A stretch of 64,000 nucleotides of DNA, from contig OZ250172.1 in the NCBI GenBank assembly GCA_965237905.1, positions 2,080,001-2,144,000 of the forward strand, read 5' to 3'. The position numbers and the translations under genes are program-made. Of this stretch, positions 48,179-59,020 are shown piece by piece; position 1 is the stretch's first letter; each line of letters opens with the position of its first letter. Source of the stretch: Nitrospinaceae bacterium (GTDB taxonomy: Bacteria > Nitrospinota > Nitrospinia > Nitrospinales > Nitrospinaceae). Below the pieces are notes generated by a model. The model had not been told where the DNA came from, ran no database searches, and saw nothing but the letters and a program-made list of their open reading frames with translations.

Positions 48179-49735
48179 ATGAGGCCAATCAAACGGGCAC
48201 TCGTCAGTGTGTCCGACAAAACCGATATCGCCGAATTTGCCAAACAGCTCCATCAGCGAGGCGTAGAAATCCTGTCCACCGGCGGCACGGCGGAGCTGAT
48301 GAAGAAAAACGGCGTGCCGGTAACGCTCATCTCTGACTACACAGGTTTCCCTGAAATGATGGACGGGCGCATCAAAACCCTCCATCCGAAAGTGCACGGC
48401 GGCATTCTCGGACGGCGCGACGTGCCGGCCCACATGGAAGCCATGAAGCAACACGCCATCCAACCCATCGACATGGTGGTGATCAACCTGTATCCCTTCG
48501 AGGCCACCATCGCCAAGGCAGGGTGTACGCTGGCGGACGCCATCGAAAATATCGACATCGGCGGACCCGCCATGGTGCGGTCGGCCTCCAAAAATTATAA
48601 CGATGTCGCCATTGTGGTGAACCCTGCGGATTATGAACGGGTCCTGAAGGAAATGGACGAGAACAACGGAGCGGTGACTCTGGAAACCCGCCAGCGTCTC
48701 AGCCGCGATGCGTTTACCATGACTGCCCGCTACGATTCGATGATTTCCGGATATCTGTCCGGCCAGATCGGAGAGGCTTCAAAATTTCCGCCCGGTTATC
48801 AAACCGGACTGCTCAAGGTGCAGGATTTGCGTTATGGGGAGAACCCACACCAGGCGGCGGCCCTCTACAAAGAAGCGCAACCGTTGAAAACAGACGCTGT
48901 GCAGGCTGAGCAGTTGCAGGGTAAAGAACTCTCCTTCAATAATTATATCGATATGAATGCCGCCTGGGAGTGTGCCCTCGAATTTGAAGAATCCACCGCC
49001 GTCATCATCAAACACACCAACCCCTGCGGCACCGCCAGCGGCAAAGAGCAAACGGCAGTATTCATCCAGGCGCGTGAGACCGATCCGGTTTCCGCGTTCG
49101 GCGGCGTGTTGGGATTCAACCGGGCTGTCACCCTGACCACCGCTGAAGAAATCGTGAAGAATTTTGTTGAGGTGATCATCGCGCCCGGTTACGAACCGGC
49201 GGCGTTGGAGTTGTTCGCCAAAAAGAAGAACGTGCGCGTTATGCAGATGTCCACCATCGAGGGTGTGACGGAGCGGAGCCGGATGGATATGAAACGCATC
49301 GGCGGCGGCCTTCTGCTTCAGGATGCGGACGAGTTGACCCTGGACCCGGAAAAACTCAAAGTCGTCAGCAAAGTTCAGCCGGACGACGCCACGCTGGAAG
49401 AACTCAAATTCGCCTGGAAGGTGGCCAAGCACGTCAAATCCAACGCCATTGTGTATGCGCGAGGCACCGAGACGGTGGGCATCGGCGCCGGGCAGATGAG
49501 CCGGGTCGATTCGGCACGGCTGGCTATCGAGAAAGCCAATAAGGAAGTGAAGGGATGCGTGATGGCCTCCGACGCGTTCTTCCCGTTCCGCGATTCGATT
49601 GATGCTGCCGCCGAACGGGGAATCCGCGCCATCATCCAACCCGGTGGTTCCATCCGCGACGAGGAGGTCATTCAGGCGGCGGATGAGCACAAGATCGCCA
49701 TGGTGTTCACCGGCATTCGCCACTTCAAGCACTGA
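48179..49735 (+). CDS. purH: Bifunctional AICAR transformylase/IMP cyclohydrolase
   Basis: [60 protein letters not shown]. Confidence 0.97.
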   Translation: MRPIKRALVSVSDKTDIAEFAKQLHQRGVEILSTGGTAELMKKNGVPVTLISDYTGFPEMMDGRIKTLHPKVHGGILGRRDVPAHMEAMKQHAIQPIDMVVINLYPFEATIAKAGCTLADAIENIDIGGPAMVRSASKNYNDVAIVVNPADYERVLKEMDENNGAVTLETRQRLSRDAFTMTARYDSMISGYLSGQIGEASKFPPGYQTGLLKVQDLRYGENPHQAAALYKEAQPLKTDAVQAEQLQGKELSFNNYIDMNAAWECALEFEESTAVIIKHTNPCGTASGKEQTAVFIQARETDPVSAFGGVLGFNRAVTLTTAEEIVKNFVEVIIAPGYEPAALELFAKKKNVRVMQMSTIEGVTERSRMDMKRIGGGLLLQDADELTLDPEKLKVVSKVQPDDATLEELKFAWKVAKHVKSNAIVYARGTETVGIGAGQMSRVDSARLAIEKANKEVKGCVMASDAFFPFRDSIDAAAERGIRAIIQPGGSIRDEEVIQAADEHKIAMVFTGIRHFKH

Positions 49736-49897
49736 TTCCCCAGGAACCTCTGCAATTCCCCTTCCCTGCCATCAACTTTTTCAGCCATTGATCCGACAAT
49801 AATAAAGAACGCGGCGTCTCGCACCAGATGTGTTTTGACGGTTCGAATGGTACACTGATTACAATCTCATTGAATCATCAAGGAACTCCTACGGCTC

Positions 49898-50686
49898 ATG
49901 GAACGTTGGCTCACTCTATTGCACAGACTCGGAAAGGTGGTGCCACAGGCGCTGACCGTTCTTTTGGTGCTTGCTGTGGCCGCGGCCGCTGTATATGAAT
50001 GGCAAAAACCGGTCCTGCATCAATTACGGGATAAGGACCTTTACCGTTACGAGCAGATGGTTGACGCAGCGTCACGCCTGCATTGGATCAATGCCTGGAA
50101 TCAGTACGCTGCGTTGCAGGAAATCAGCCTTGCCGAGTTGCACCGGGAGCGGTACCAGCGCTGGAAACAACAGTGGGCAACCAGCGGGGAATTCCGGCAA
50201 AGCATGTTGCGTCAAAAAGCGGAAGCCCGGGAACACATTAAAAAGTCGCAGGCCAGGAAATACGATGATCAGAAGCAGGAGTTGGAACAATACCGCCGAA
50301 AACAGGACTCTGCTCTACTGCGCGTGCATTGGGAGCAAGCGACGCCCTGGCAGAAGTCGTTGATCCTCCGCGACCGGTGCGTCCGCTATTTGAATCAGGA
50401 ATTGGAAGACTACCGCCAGCGCCGCCACGTCAAAGGGTCCCTGCACGGCGCCGCCCGCTTGGCGCAATCGCGCATCGCGAATGTCAGTCCCGGAAGTTTA
50501 TGCCGGGAAATGGTATCCCTCAGTCATGACACACCCTCCGTTCACCGTGCTTTGGGCAAACTGAAAAAGGGGATGAACTATTATTATTTTGTCCGCTTGT
50601 TGGAGGATATCGGCATTTCCGATTCCGAGTTGTTCACCGTGACGGAAAAACTGGAAGGCATGACGCGCGACTTCAACGGATTTTAA
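49898..50686 (+). CDS. Hypothetical membrane-anchored protein
   Basis: N-terminal TM, charged helical body; no recognised motif. Confidence 0.65.
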   Translation: MERWLTLLHRLGKVVPQALTVLLVLAVAAAAVYEWQKPVLHQLRDKDLYRYEQMVDAASRLHWINAWNQYAALQEISLAELHRERYQRWKQQWATSGEFRQSMLRQKAEAREHIKKSQARKYDDQKQELEQYRRKQDSALLRVHWEQATPWQKSLILRDRCVRYLNQELEDYRQRRHVKGSLHGAARLAQSRIANVSPGSLCREMVSLSHDTPSVHRALGKLKKGMNYYYFVRLLEDIGISDSELFTVTEKLEGMTRDFNGF

Positions 50687-50696
50687 TCCGGGATTT

Positions 50697-51158
50697 TCAG
50701 GAGTTGTCGGTGTTTTGCTTTTCGGGCTGTTCGGTGGGTCCGCCTGTGATGGCGGTCATCAATTGTTTGATCTCGTTGTTGGTTTTGATCTCCGGCAGTT
50801 CGCCCTCGCCGGTTTCTGCGTAGGTCACCAGTTTCCGCAAGGGACGGATGACCAGATTATAAGTGTAAATCCCGCCGATAATTGAAAACAGGCCTCCCAG
50901 AATCGCAATCCACGTTGCTTCATTGCTCAGCCGGTTGGTGGTCATGGATAATCGTTCCTTGATCACATTGATTTCGTCTGCCGTCATCGAGGCCGGTTGC
51001 ATTTGATGGATCACCCGGTCGATCTGCCCCATTTGGATAGACAGGTAAAATGCCATGTATCCGAGAATGGAAACAACTACCAGGTACCCGGTCATGAGCA
51101 GGTTGATAATGCTTTTGCGTTCTCCCGGGAGCTCGTCTCTGAAAATTCCTGTCTTCAT
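50697..51158 (-). CDS. Two-TM membrane protein with HAMP-like C-terminus
   Basis: Two TMs, then VIRPLRKL...NEIKQLMTAI; start taken at ATG 51158. Confidence 0.65.
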   Translation of the reverse strand: MKTGIFRDELPGERKSIINLLMTGYLVVVSILGYMAFYLSIQMGQIDRVIHQMQPASMTADEINVIKERLSMTTNRLSNEATWIAILGGLFSIIGGIYTYNLVIRPLRKLVTYAETGEGELPEIKTNNEIKQLMTAITGGPTEQPEKQNTDNS

Positions 51159-51346
51159 TGCAAGGGTTCCTATTTCAATTTGAGTGTGGCCCCAAACTAC
51201 CGTCAAACCAGCGATGAGGTCAATATCTTTTTACCGGCGACCAGCGTGACGCTGGGCCCAGTTTGACATAGATGGAAGAGTTCGATGTGCGCCCAATGAT
51301 TTTTTCTGGCCGTTAACCGTCAGCAAATCTCCCCCTCGGTAGAGGG

Positions 51347-52258
51347 TCAGCCCTTCGCTCCTCCTGCTAGGGAGCGGCGGAGGCGGCCCCAGTTGAACGC
51401 CGATCCGGGGTCGTACTTTTTTTTGACGCCCTCGCCAGTTCCTCCCTGGACATGGGCATGCCCGAGAATTCCTTTGAAGGTGGAAAAATTTTTGATTTTG
51501 CCGAGAGGAGTGCGCTGTTTTTCTTTATCAAAGGGCACTTTGAGGGATATGTTCGGTAGCAGTTGGTTGATCCCGAGGCATAAACGGATGAGGGCCTGAT
51601 ACTGTTCTTCGGTGAAATCCCACATGCGTACCGTTCGTCCGTTGATCTGGCGACTGAAGTAACCGCGTTCGCCGTAGGCACGTGAAGCGAAGGCTTTGAA
51701 GTCCGGCGTCCGCAATTTTTTTTGATACTTTTCCGGAATATCGAACCGCCAGCGTCCGTTCACCTTGCGGTAGAGGTCTTTTGGGGCATGATACAGGTCC
51801 GATTCTTCGGCCAGGGCTTGCCAGGAGAGGTTGGCAATTTCGATGTGCACGGCGCGTTCGTTGCCTTGCCGGTCGTCTGCCGGGGCGGTATTGGTTTTCC
51901 AGTACAGGTCGCAGGTCTGGTAAATGGTACCGTCGAGGTCCAGATAAAAATGGCTGCCTTTGAACGTGCTGTCCTGCAAAATTTGGTGGCAGTGATGGGA
52001 GCTGTAACAGACATCATAATGCAGGACGAACTGGTGAACGGATTGTTGGAGTTCCTCGTAAGCCGTTTCCAGATCATTGATTTCGTATTTGGAATACTCG
52101 CGTGTGGGCGCGCCGTTCAGTTGCGGATCGTGTTGCGAACAGTGGCGCCGTCCTCTTGGGTGAGGACAGGTGTAACTCTTGGAGTGGTGCCACAGTACCA
52201 CCGGCGTTTCGATATCCACGGTGTACCCGCACGCCACAATATTCTGGTTGGTTGTCAT
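51347..52258 (-). CDS. N-acetylmuramoyl-L-alanine amidase (Amidase_2-like)
   Basis: FVLHYD, SHFYLDLDGTIYQ, IEIAN, FTEEQY.AL..L, GILGHAHV...KYDPG. Confidence 0.8.
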   Translation of the reverse strand: MTTNQNIVACGYTVDIETPVVLWHHSKSYTCPHPRGRRHCSQHDPQLNGAPTREYSKYEINDLETAYEELQQSVHQFVLHYDVCYSSHHCHQILQDSTFKGSHFYLDLDGTIYQTCDLYWKTNTAPADDRQGNERAVHIEIANLSWQALAEESDLYHAPKDLYRKVNGRWRFDIPEKYQKKLRTPDFKAFASRAYGERGYFSRQINGRTVRMWDFTEEQYQALIRLCLGINQLLPNISLKVPFDKEKQRTPLGKIKNFSTFKGILGHAHVQGGTGEGVKKKYDPGSAFNWGRLRRSLAGGAKG

Positions 52259-52304
52259 AGAAAGTAGGCAAGGAAAGGTGAGTGGGGGAGGACCGTCATC
52301 CAGC

Positions 52305-53192
52305 TCATGAGTCCGATTTTGGGTCATCCGCCGGCCGGCCCCAGTGCAGTTTTCGGCGGAGTGTCTGGTAATAGTTTTTGCCCTTGGCCTGGATCAGGCT
52401 GACCGGTGTCGGCCCCTGTTTGACCTCCAGCACGTCATCGCGGGACATGGGATACCCGGTTTGTCCATCCAAAGTCACCTGCACTTCCTCCTCAGTTTCA
52501 GTGGCGAGCTGCACCTGCAGGGTAGACTGACTGGGAATCACGATAGGCCGGTTGGTCAGCGTAAATGGACAAATGGGACTCAGCACCAGCGCATTCATAC
52601 TGGGGTGGATGATCGGTCCCCCGGCGGAAAGCGAATACGCGGTCGATCCCGTGGGCGTGGCAATGATCAATCCATCGGCGCGGTACGAAGTCATGTATTG
52701 GCTGTTGACGTGTACCTCGAGGTTGACGATGCGAGCGGCGTTTTTGTTGATCACCACGTCGTTCAGGGCGAAATCGTTGTGGACGATTTGTCCGTTCCGT
52801 TTGAGGAACACATTCAACAGCATGCGCTGCTCGATGACGGATTCCCCCTTCAACACCTGTTCGAGGGTGTTGTACATATCGGGCAGGGCCACCTCCGTCA
52901 GGAAGCCCAGGCTTCCCAGGTTGATAGCGAGGATAGGGACGTCGAACGGATGCGTCAGCCTCGCCACACTCAGCAGGGTGCCATCTCCCCCCAGCACGAT
53001 GATCAGGTCAGCTTTGGAAGGGATTTCTTCTTTTTTGAGGCCGGGGGTTTCATCAATGATCCCGGCAGTTTCCTGCGCCATCAGGATGTCGTAATTCCTC
53101 TCCTTCAGCCACGAGGTGAGCTCCAGAAGAACTTTCCGGCTGATGTCGGGTTTTTGTTTACTGAAAATGCCGATCTTTTTGATGGTATCCAC
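52305..53192 (-). CDS. nadK: NAD kinase
   Basis: LGGDGT, NLGSLGFL, ALNDVV, DGLIIATPTGSTAYSLSAGGP. Confidence 0.96.
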   Translation of the reverse strand: MDTIKKIGIFSKQKPDISRKVLLELTSWLKERNYDILMAQETAGIIDETPGLKKEEIPSKADLIIVLGGDGTLLSVARLTHPFDVPILAINLGSLGFLTEVALPDMYNTLEQVLKGESVIEQRMLLNVFLKRNGQIVHNDFALNDVVINKNAARIVNLEVHVNSQYMTSYRADGLIIATPTGSTAYSLSAGGPIIHPSMNALVLSPICPFTLTNRPIVIPSQSTLQVQLATETEEEVQVTLDGQTGYPMSRDDVLEVKQGPTPVSLIQAKGKNYYQTLRRKLHWGRPADDPKSDS

Positions 53193-53320
53193 GGTCGCAT
53201 CCCGGGTGGTTGCAGGTTCAGTTGTCCTATAGGAATAATAAAGAAAAAGAACGGTGGTGCCAAGGGCAAGTTGAATGCAGGGGGTTTTAAGAGGAGATCA
53301 AATTACGGAGGAGCGGAGGG

Positions 53321-53809
53321 CTAGAGATTACCGAAGTCCTGCGGTTTGATGTTGTCCAGCCATCTTTTCCACTGATCCTTGTCCTCCGTATTGGCCTTGG
53401 AGGTGTCGGGGAGATCCAGGCTTTTGGCCGCCTCGATAACGGTTTCATTGACATAAATCGGGGCTTTGGCGCGCAGGGCCAGGGCAATGGCGTCGCTGGG
53501 TCGGGAATCGATTTTCAGAGTACTCCCGCCGGACATCATGGAAATAACAGCGTAAAAGGTGTTGTCCTTCAGTTCGCTGACCAGAATATGATTGATTTTC
53601 CCTTTCATGTCGGAAATGACGTTTCTCATCAAATCATGGGTCATGGGACGGGGGGTGGCAATTTTCTCGATTTCCAGAGCGATGGCGTTGGCCTCAAAAA
53701 AACCGACCCAGATCGGCAATGCCCGGTTACCTTCCAAATCCTTCAGAATGATAATGGGCATATTGGTCAGGGGGTCCAGCGTTAGACCTTCCACTTTCAT
53801 TTCAACCAT
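53321..53809 (-). CDS. Bifunctional nuclease family protein (DUF151)
   Basis: LPIWVG..EANAI, PRPMTHDL, DSRPSDAIALALR. Confidence 0.92.
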   Translation of the reverse strand: MVEMKVEGLTLDPLTNMPIIILKDLEGNRALPIWVGFFEANAIALEIEKIATPRPMTHDLMRNVISDMKGKINHILVSELKDNTFYAVISMMSGGSTLKIDSRPSDAIALALRAKAPIYVNETVIEAAKSLDLPDTSKANTEDKDQWKRWLDNIKPQDFGNL

Positions 53810-53975
53810 GAATCGTTCCTTTGCCAGATTTAGGAATTTTGGGGTGACCCGGACCCAGAATCATACGGGAAACCTGTTGGGTTTTCTATAGTTAAGCAAT
53901 AAATAAAATGTTTGTCAATGTCGCAATTCAAAGCCTTTTTGAGGGAATTCATGGAGGTTTTTAGCGGGTCCGATT

Positions 53976-54215
53976 TCAACGGCTTTGGATGTGGTTTTTT
54001 ACGAAGTCCCGAAGCTTTATCTGTACCGGTTCGGGGATTTCAACGGGGGTGAGGGTTTTTCTGCAAAGGTCCGAGGTTTGGCGGTAAGTTTCCAGAAAGG
54101 AGACGCAGGGAGGGCAGTCTTTAAAGTGATCTTCCAGAGAGGCTGCTATGTCCGGATTCAAGGTTCCTTCAAAATAATCACACAACAGATCTATACATTC
54201 TTTGCAACAAATCAT
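53976..54215 (-). CDS. Zinc-binding anti-sigma factor (zf-HC2/ZAS)
   Basis: HFKDCPPC (HxxxCxxC); start overlaps the sigma gene stop; no TM. Confidence 0.88.
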   Translation of the reverse strand: MICCKECIDLLCDYFEGTLNPDIAASLEDHFKDCPPCVSFLETYRQTSDLCRKTLTPVEIPEPVQIKLRDFVKNHIQSR

Positions 54216-54832
54216 TTCTTTGAGCTCCGGGTTTGATATTCATCAAAATAGTTGGACAGCTTTTTCCGGAGAAAAAGACGTGCCCGATGCAATCGGGATT
54301 TGACCGCGGGAATGGTCAAATCCAGAATATCCCCCACTTTTTCTGTTGATAATCCCTCAACATCTCTCAACATAAAAACGACCTTTTCTTTCTCCGGGAG
54401 CAGTTCAACGGCTTTTTCAATCACTCCCTTGGTCTCGTTTGAAAACAGCAACGAATCTGTACTTTTCGACCAATCGGAAACTTTTTCGTTTTGGAATCCG
54501 GCATGGTTGAAATTGGGCAAGCTTTCGTCCAATGATACGTACTGCTCCTTTTTCTTATTCCTCAGCTTCATGTAGGTCGCGTTCAGAGTGATGCGATACA
54601 CCCAGCTGGAGAAAGCCGACTTCCCCTGAAACGTGTCGATTTTTCGATAAATCGTCAGAAGCACTTCCTGGGTCACATCTTGCGTATCCATCTGGTTGCG
54701 CGTCATGTTGAACGACAGGGCATAAATTTTCCGCTGGTAGAGTTCGAAAATTTTGTCGAACGCTTCCATGTGCCCGGCCTTCATATCCCGGACGAGCATC
54801 TCATCCTGCGCTTTTTCTTCCTGAGTCGGCAT
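54212..54832 (-). CDS. ECF-type RNA polymerase sigma factor
   Basis: DVTQEV, FSSWVYRITLN, LRDVEGLS, AVKSRLHRAR. Confidence 0.93.
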   Translation of the reverse strand: MPTQEEKAQDEMLVRDMKAGHMEAFDKIFELYQRKIYALSFNMTRNQMDTQDVTQEVLLTIYRKIDTFQGKSAFSSWVYRITLNATYMKLRNKKKEQYVSLDESLPNFNHAGFQNEKVSDWSKSTDSLLFSNETKGVIEKAVELLPEKEKVVFMLRDVEGLSTEKVGDILDLTIPAVKSRLHRARLFLRKKLSNYFDEYQTRSSKK

Positions 54833-55256
54833 TGGTGCGTCAGATCCCTTTGAATGGTGTTCTGCGTCCAGTGCCTGGCCGACCCGCTGAAATAATTAGG
54901 GTTTAAAATCGATCAGTTTTTAGATGCTCTGGAAGCAGAAACGGTTCTGATTTTCAGAATTTTCAAGCCTCGGAAGCCTTGAACAATATTATGGGAAAAC
55001 CATTATGAATTCTAGCATCCCAACCGGGAGAGTACAAATGGGGCGCTCTCAAGGGTAAGTTGAGATTCAGAATTAATGCTTTAAATATAATAAGTTATGG
55101 AAATAGCCTTTGCGTGGGGATGAGTTGTACGATGCCCATGGAATGTTGAGTCCCGGTTTTCTGCACCCGGTGGCTCCCTCGGAAAACGGCTGAAAGGTTT
55201 GTGCTATAATTCCGACTCTTTTGTGATGGAACGTTGGCAACCTTAATAACTAATAA

Positions 55257-56033
55257 ATGATGATCAAGTCTTGTTGGGCCTTTATTTTGGTTTTGGCGCT
55301 GATTCCGCTGGATTCGGAAAGGGCATTCGCCCAACTTTTTTCTTCCGAAATCAAGGGCAGTACGGGGTCATGGACTCTGTCCCCTGCCGATGAAATTCAG
55401 GTGGCACAGGCATTGCCGGAATCAGGGGATCCGGTGGCTGAACACAGTACTTCATTTCCCAATTTTGAAAGCCGCTTTGCCAAGAAACAATATGAATTTG
55501 GTTTCAGTCTGGGGTACGGGTTTACCGTCAACATTCCTCCTGTCGATGCCGCTTCCGACGAGCGGACGCGGATTCGATTCGCTCACTTTTCCCCCAACTT
55601 CAAATACAATCTGACCGGGCTTGTAGGGAAATCCGTCTACCGGGGCGCCTTGTATTGGGTGATCGAGGTCCAATTGGCGGCTACCGTAGAAGATCCCACG
55701 AGAAATGGCCGGGTGGCGGATGACGCTCCCAATTTTCTGTTTGGTCTGGTGCCTGCGCAATTGGAATACAAATTCCTCAATCCCAACCGATCCTGGGCGC
55801 CTTTTCTGTTTGCCGGGATCGGAGGGTCCTGGGGTGAATGGTTTCAGGAAACCAGGGAAATCTCCACCGCGTTCGAATTTACTTTGCAGGGAGGCGCAGG
55901 GATCGAATATTTCTTTGACAACGGAACCTCCCTGAATTTCAATTACCGCCTCTGGCACTTGTCCAACTCCAACGTCAAGAGTCCTAACATCGGCCTCAAC
56001 GCCCACGTGTTCAGCCTGGGTTTCAGTTTTTAG
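55257..56033 (+). CDS. Outer-membrane acyloxyacyl hydrolase / PagL-like lipid A deacylase
   Basis: Signal peptide, beta-barrel pattern, YRLWHLSN...PNIGLN, terminal Phe. Confidence 0.78.
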   Translation: MMIKSCWAFILVLALIPLDSERAFAQLFSSEIKGSTGSWTLSPADEIQVAQALPESGDPVAEHSTSFPNFESRFAKKQYEFGFSLGYGFTVNIPPVDAASDERTRIRFAHFSPNFKYNLTGLVGKSVYRGALYWVIEVQLAATVEDPTRNGRVADDAPNFLFGLVPAQLEYKFLNPNRSWAPFLFAGIGGSWGEWFQETREISTAFEFTLQGGAGIEYFFDNGTSLNFNYRLWHLSNSNVKSPNIGLNAHVFSLGFSF

Positions 56034-56135
56034 TTTGCGCGGTATCTGCGATCGCAGGCAAAAATTTTCTGCCTCCTTCATCCGACCTGTTATACTGTTT
56101 TTTACAATGCTTTCCATAAAACTCCATTCGGGCGT

Positions 56136-58901
56136 TTGATTATTTTTCGTACTTTTATGAGCTCAACTGTTCCACCAAAAAAGCCAACCCCATCTTCCAA
56201 ACCCGGCCCACTGGACAGGGTATTTAACGCCTTTGAGACCCTGGCGTATTACCATCCGTGGTGGGTCCTATCGGTTTCCCTGATTCTGGCGGCTCTCAGT
56301 TTATGGTTTACGGCCACGCACCTCCAGTTCAACACTCTCCGGGAGGATCTGATCTCCAGGGACATAAAGTTCGATGTGGTGTACCAGCAATACCGGGAGC
56401 GCTTCAAGGATTTTGACGGCATGATTGTCGTCGTCGAAGGTGAACAACCCGACGCCATGAAACAATTTGCCGATCAATTGGTGGAGCGGTTACAAAGCCA
56501 GTCTGAGATATCTTCCGAGATTTATTACAAAGTCGATACGGGTTATTTCAATGATAAGTCCCTGTTGTTCCTGGAGCCGGACGCCCTGGAGCAGTTGGAA
56601 GACAAGCTGAGATCACACCAGGACTTTCTGGAGCAGGTGAATGCCTCCCCCGGACTCAACACGCTTCTCACAAGTCTCAACCGCGAAATCAGCGCCGGGG
56701 TGGTCGATACTCTGCTCACCGATTTGCTCGGCACGGAGGATGAGGAAGAAGAGAAGGGCGGTGCCGCAGACCTCGGTTTGCTGATCTCCCTGCTTGGGCA
56801 AATGACCCGGCATGTGGAGGGCGATACCGGGTACCGCTCGCCTTGGGGGACCTTCCTGGCGGAACAGAACCATCCCTTGCGGGAAGAGGGGTATCTGGTG
56901 TCCGATGACGAGAGCTTGCTGTTCATTCTGCTTAATCCGCAGGAGACCGAAGGCGACTTCGCCGGGTCCAAAAATGCGATCGAGGGCATTCGGGCGATCG
57001 TCAGAGACCTGGCGCCTGGTTTTCCTAAAGTCAAAGTGGGGATGACAGGGGGCGAAGTGATCTCGTCGGATGAAATGTTCACCACCCATTCCGATGTTAA
57101 AAACGCCTCGAAGTATGCCCTGACCGGCGTGGCCCTGCTGTTCATTATTTTTTACCGGCGCGTCACCGAACCGCTTCTCGCGGTGTTCACTTTGCTGGTT
57201 TCCATTGCCTGGGCGATGGGGTACACGACCCTGGCCGTCGGCCATCTCAATATCATTTCCGTTGTATTCACCACCATCCTGATCGGACTGGGCATCGATT
57301 TTGGAATCCACATTCTTTGCCGTTACCGGGAGGAGCGGCGCATGGGAAACGAGGCCTACCTGGCCATGCGCAACACCCTGCAACAAACCGGGCGCGGCAA
57401 TCTGGCCGGGGCCGTTACCACCGCCATCGCGTTCGGGGCCATGGTGTTTACCGACTTTGTGGGAATCGTCGAGCTGGGGATTATCGCCGCCGGAGGCATC
57501 GTGCTGTGTCTGCTCGGCATGGTGCTGTTGCTACCCGCCTTGATCAGCATAGAGGAACGCTGGCGGAAACCGGTGTACACTCTGCCGGAACGGGTTGAAA
57601 AACGTGACGCATTGTTCGAGAAAATGTACTCGCATTATTACCTCATCATCTTCGTGTCGCTGGGTCTCCTGATTGGTTGCGGTTACGTTTCCAAGGATTT
57701 GTATTTCGACTACAACCTGCTCAACATGCAGGCCAAGGGGACCGAGGCGGTGCAGTATGAAATGAAGATTATCGAAAATGCCAAGCGTGCTTCCTGGAAC
57801 GCCGCTCTGGTGGCGGACAATATTGAGGACGCGAAGGCAAAGTACCGGGTTCTCAAAGACATGCCCTCCGTTGGTAAAGTGGAAAGCCTGTTGACGGCGA
57901 TACCGGAAAACCAGGAAGCTCGCATCCGGAAAGTGACAACGCTCGCTCCTCTCATCGATCCTTTCCAAGTGGAACCGGAAGACGAGCCGTTTTCCCTGCG
58001 GGCCATCCAGGCCACGATGAAAAAAGTCCGGTTCAAGCTTCGTAAAAAGGAAAAGGAGGGCACGCAGGATGATGTGTATGAAGCTTCCCGCCAGGCGAGG
58101 CAGTTGGATGAAGCTCTTCAGAACACCGATCCCGAAACCGCCGCGACTCGCTTGAAGGAATTTTCGCGAACCCTGTTTGCCGATTACCGGAAAAAGATCG
58201 CCGACCTCAAACGTTCCGTCCATCCCACTCCCGTCAAAGTGGAAGAACTGCCGCAGGACCTGAGAGACCGGTTCGTCAGCACCGACGGCAAGTATCTGCT
58301 GTTGGTGTATCCCCGCATCAACATCTGGGAACGGGAGGAGATGGAAAAGTTCCTGTACGAAATGCGGCGGATCGATCCCAATGTCACCGGCAGCGCGGTC
58401 CATATGTTTGAGTCGACCCGCTTGATGATCGACGGTTACATTCAAGCCGGTTTTTACGCGTTAGCGGCTATTGCCCTGTACCTGATACTGACGCTCCGCA
58501 ATGTCATGACGACCGCGCTGGTCCTGCTTCCCACACTGGCGGGCGCTATTTTGACGCTGGGGCTCATGCGCCTGACCGACGTCCAGTTCAACCTCGCCAA
58601 TCTGGTGATTCTACCCCTGATCATTGGCATCGGAGTGGTCGATGGTGTGCACATCCTGCATCGGTATCGTGAAGAGCCGGAGTGTGGGAAGAACGTCATA
58701 TCGAAAAGTACCGGCCAGGCGGTGATTCTGACTTCGTTGACCACCATGATCGGATTCGGAAGCCTGATGGTGGCGGACCATCAAGGAGTGTACAGCGTCG
58801 GCCTGGTTCTCGCTCTGGGGGTGGGCAGTTGTATGATCACCTCCATCACCCTGCTTCCCGCACTCATGAAACTCTGTTCGGCAAGAGGTTGGAAGATATA
58901 A
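56136..58901 (+). CDS. MMPL/RND transporter, HpnN (hopanoid transporter)-like
   Basis: Two RND halves with IGLGIDFGIH and IGIGVVDGVH; LTSLTTMIGFGSL; true start possibly ATG 56157. Confidence 0.85.
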   Translation: MIIFRTFMSSTVPPKKPTPSSKPGPLDRVFNAFETLAYYHPWWVLSVSLILAALSLWFTATHLQFNTLREDLISRDIKFDVVYQQYRERFKDFDGMIVVVEGEQPDAMKQFADQLVERLQSQSEISSEIYYKVDTGYFNDKSLLFLEPDALEQLEDKLRSHQDFLEQVNASPGLNTLLTSLNREISAGVVDTLLTDLLGTEDEEEEKGGAADLGLLISLLGQMTRHVEGDTGYRSPWGTFLAEQNHPLREEGYLVSDDESLLFILLNPQETEGDFAGSKNAIEGIRAIVRDLAPGFPKVKVGMTGGEVISSDEMFTTHSDVKNASKYALTGVALLFIIFYRRVTEPLLAVFTLLVSIAWAMGYTTLAVGHLNIISVVFTTILIGLGIDFGIHILCRYREERRMGNEAYLAMRNTLQQTGRGNLAGAVTTAIAFGAMVFTDFVGIVELGIIAAGGIVLCLLGMVLLLPALISIEERWRKPVYTLPERVEKRDALFEKMYSHYYLIIFVSLGLLIGCGYVSKDLYFDYNLLNMQAKGTEAVQYEMKIIENAKRASWNAALVADNIEDAKAKYRVLKDMPSVGKVESLLTAIPENQEARIRKVTTLAPLIDPFQVEPEDEPFSLRAIQATMKKVRFKLRKKEKEGTQDDVYEASRQARQLDEALQNTDPETAATRLKEFSRTLFADYRKKIADLKRSVHPTPVKVEELPQDLRDRFVSTDGKYLLLVYPRINIWEREEMEKFLYEMRRIDPNVTGSAVHMFESTRLMIDGYIQAGFYALAAIALYLILTLRNVMTTALVLLPTLAGAILTLGLMRLTDVQFNLANLVILPLIIGIGVVDGVHILHRYREEPECGKNVISKSTGQAVILTSLTTMIGFGSLMVADHQGVYSVGLVLALGVGSCMITSITLLPALMKLCSARGWKI

Positions 58902-59020
58902 CCGGCGTAGCGCCGGGGCAAATTTTGCTGGGGCGTTAGTGAGTGATGGTAACTTTAACCTCGCATTCCATAGCTTTTAAAAAATACCTGCGGAGGTACT
59001 CCGCCTCCTCGCTAGAGGAG

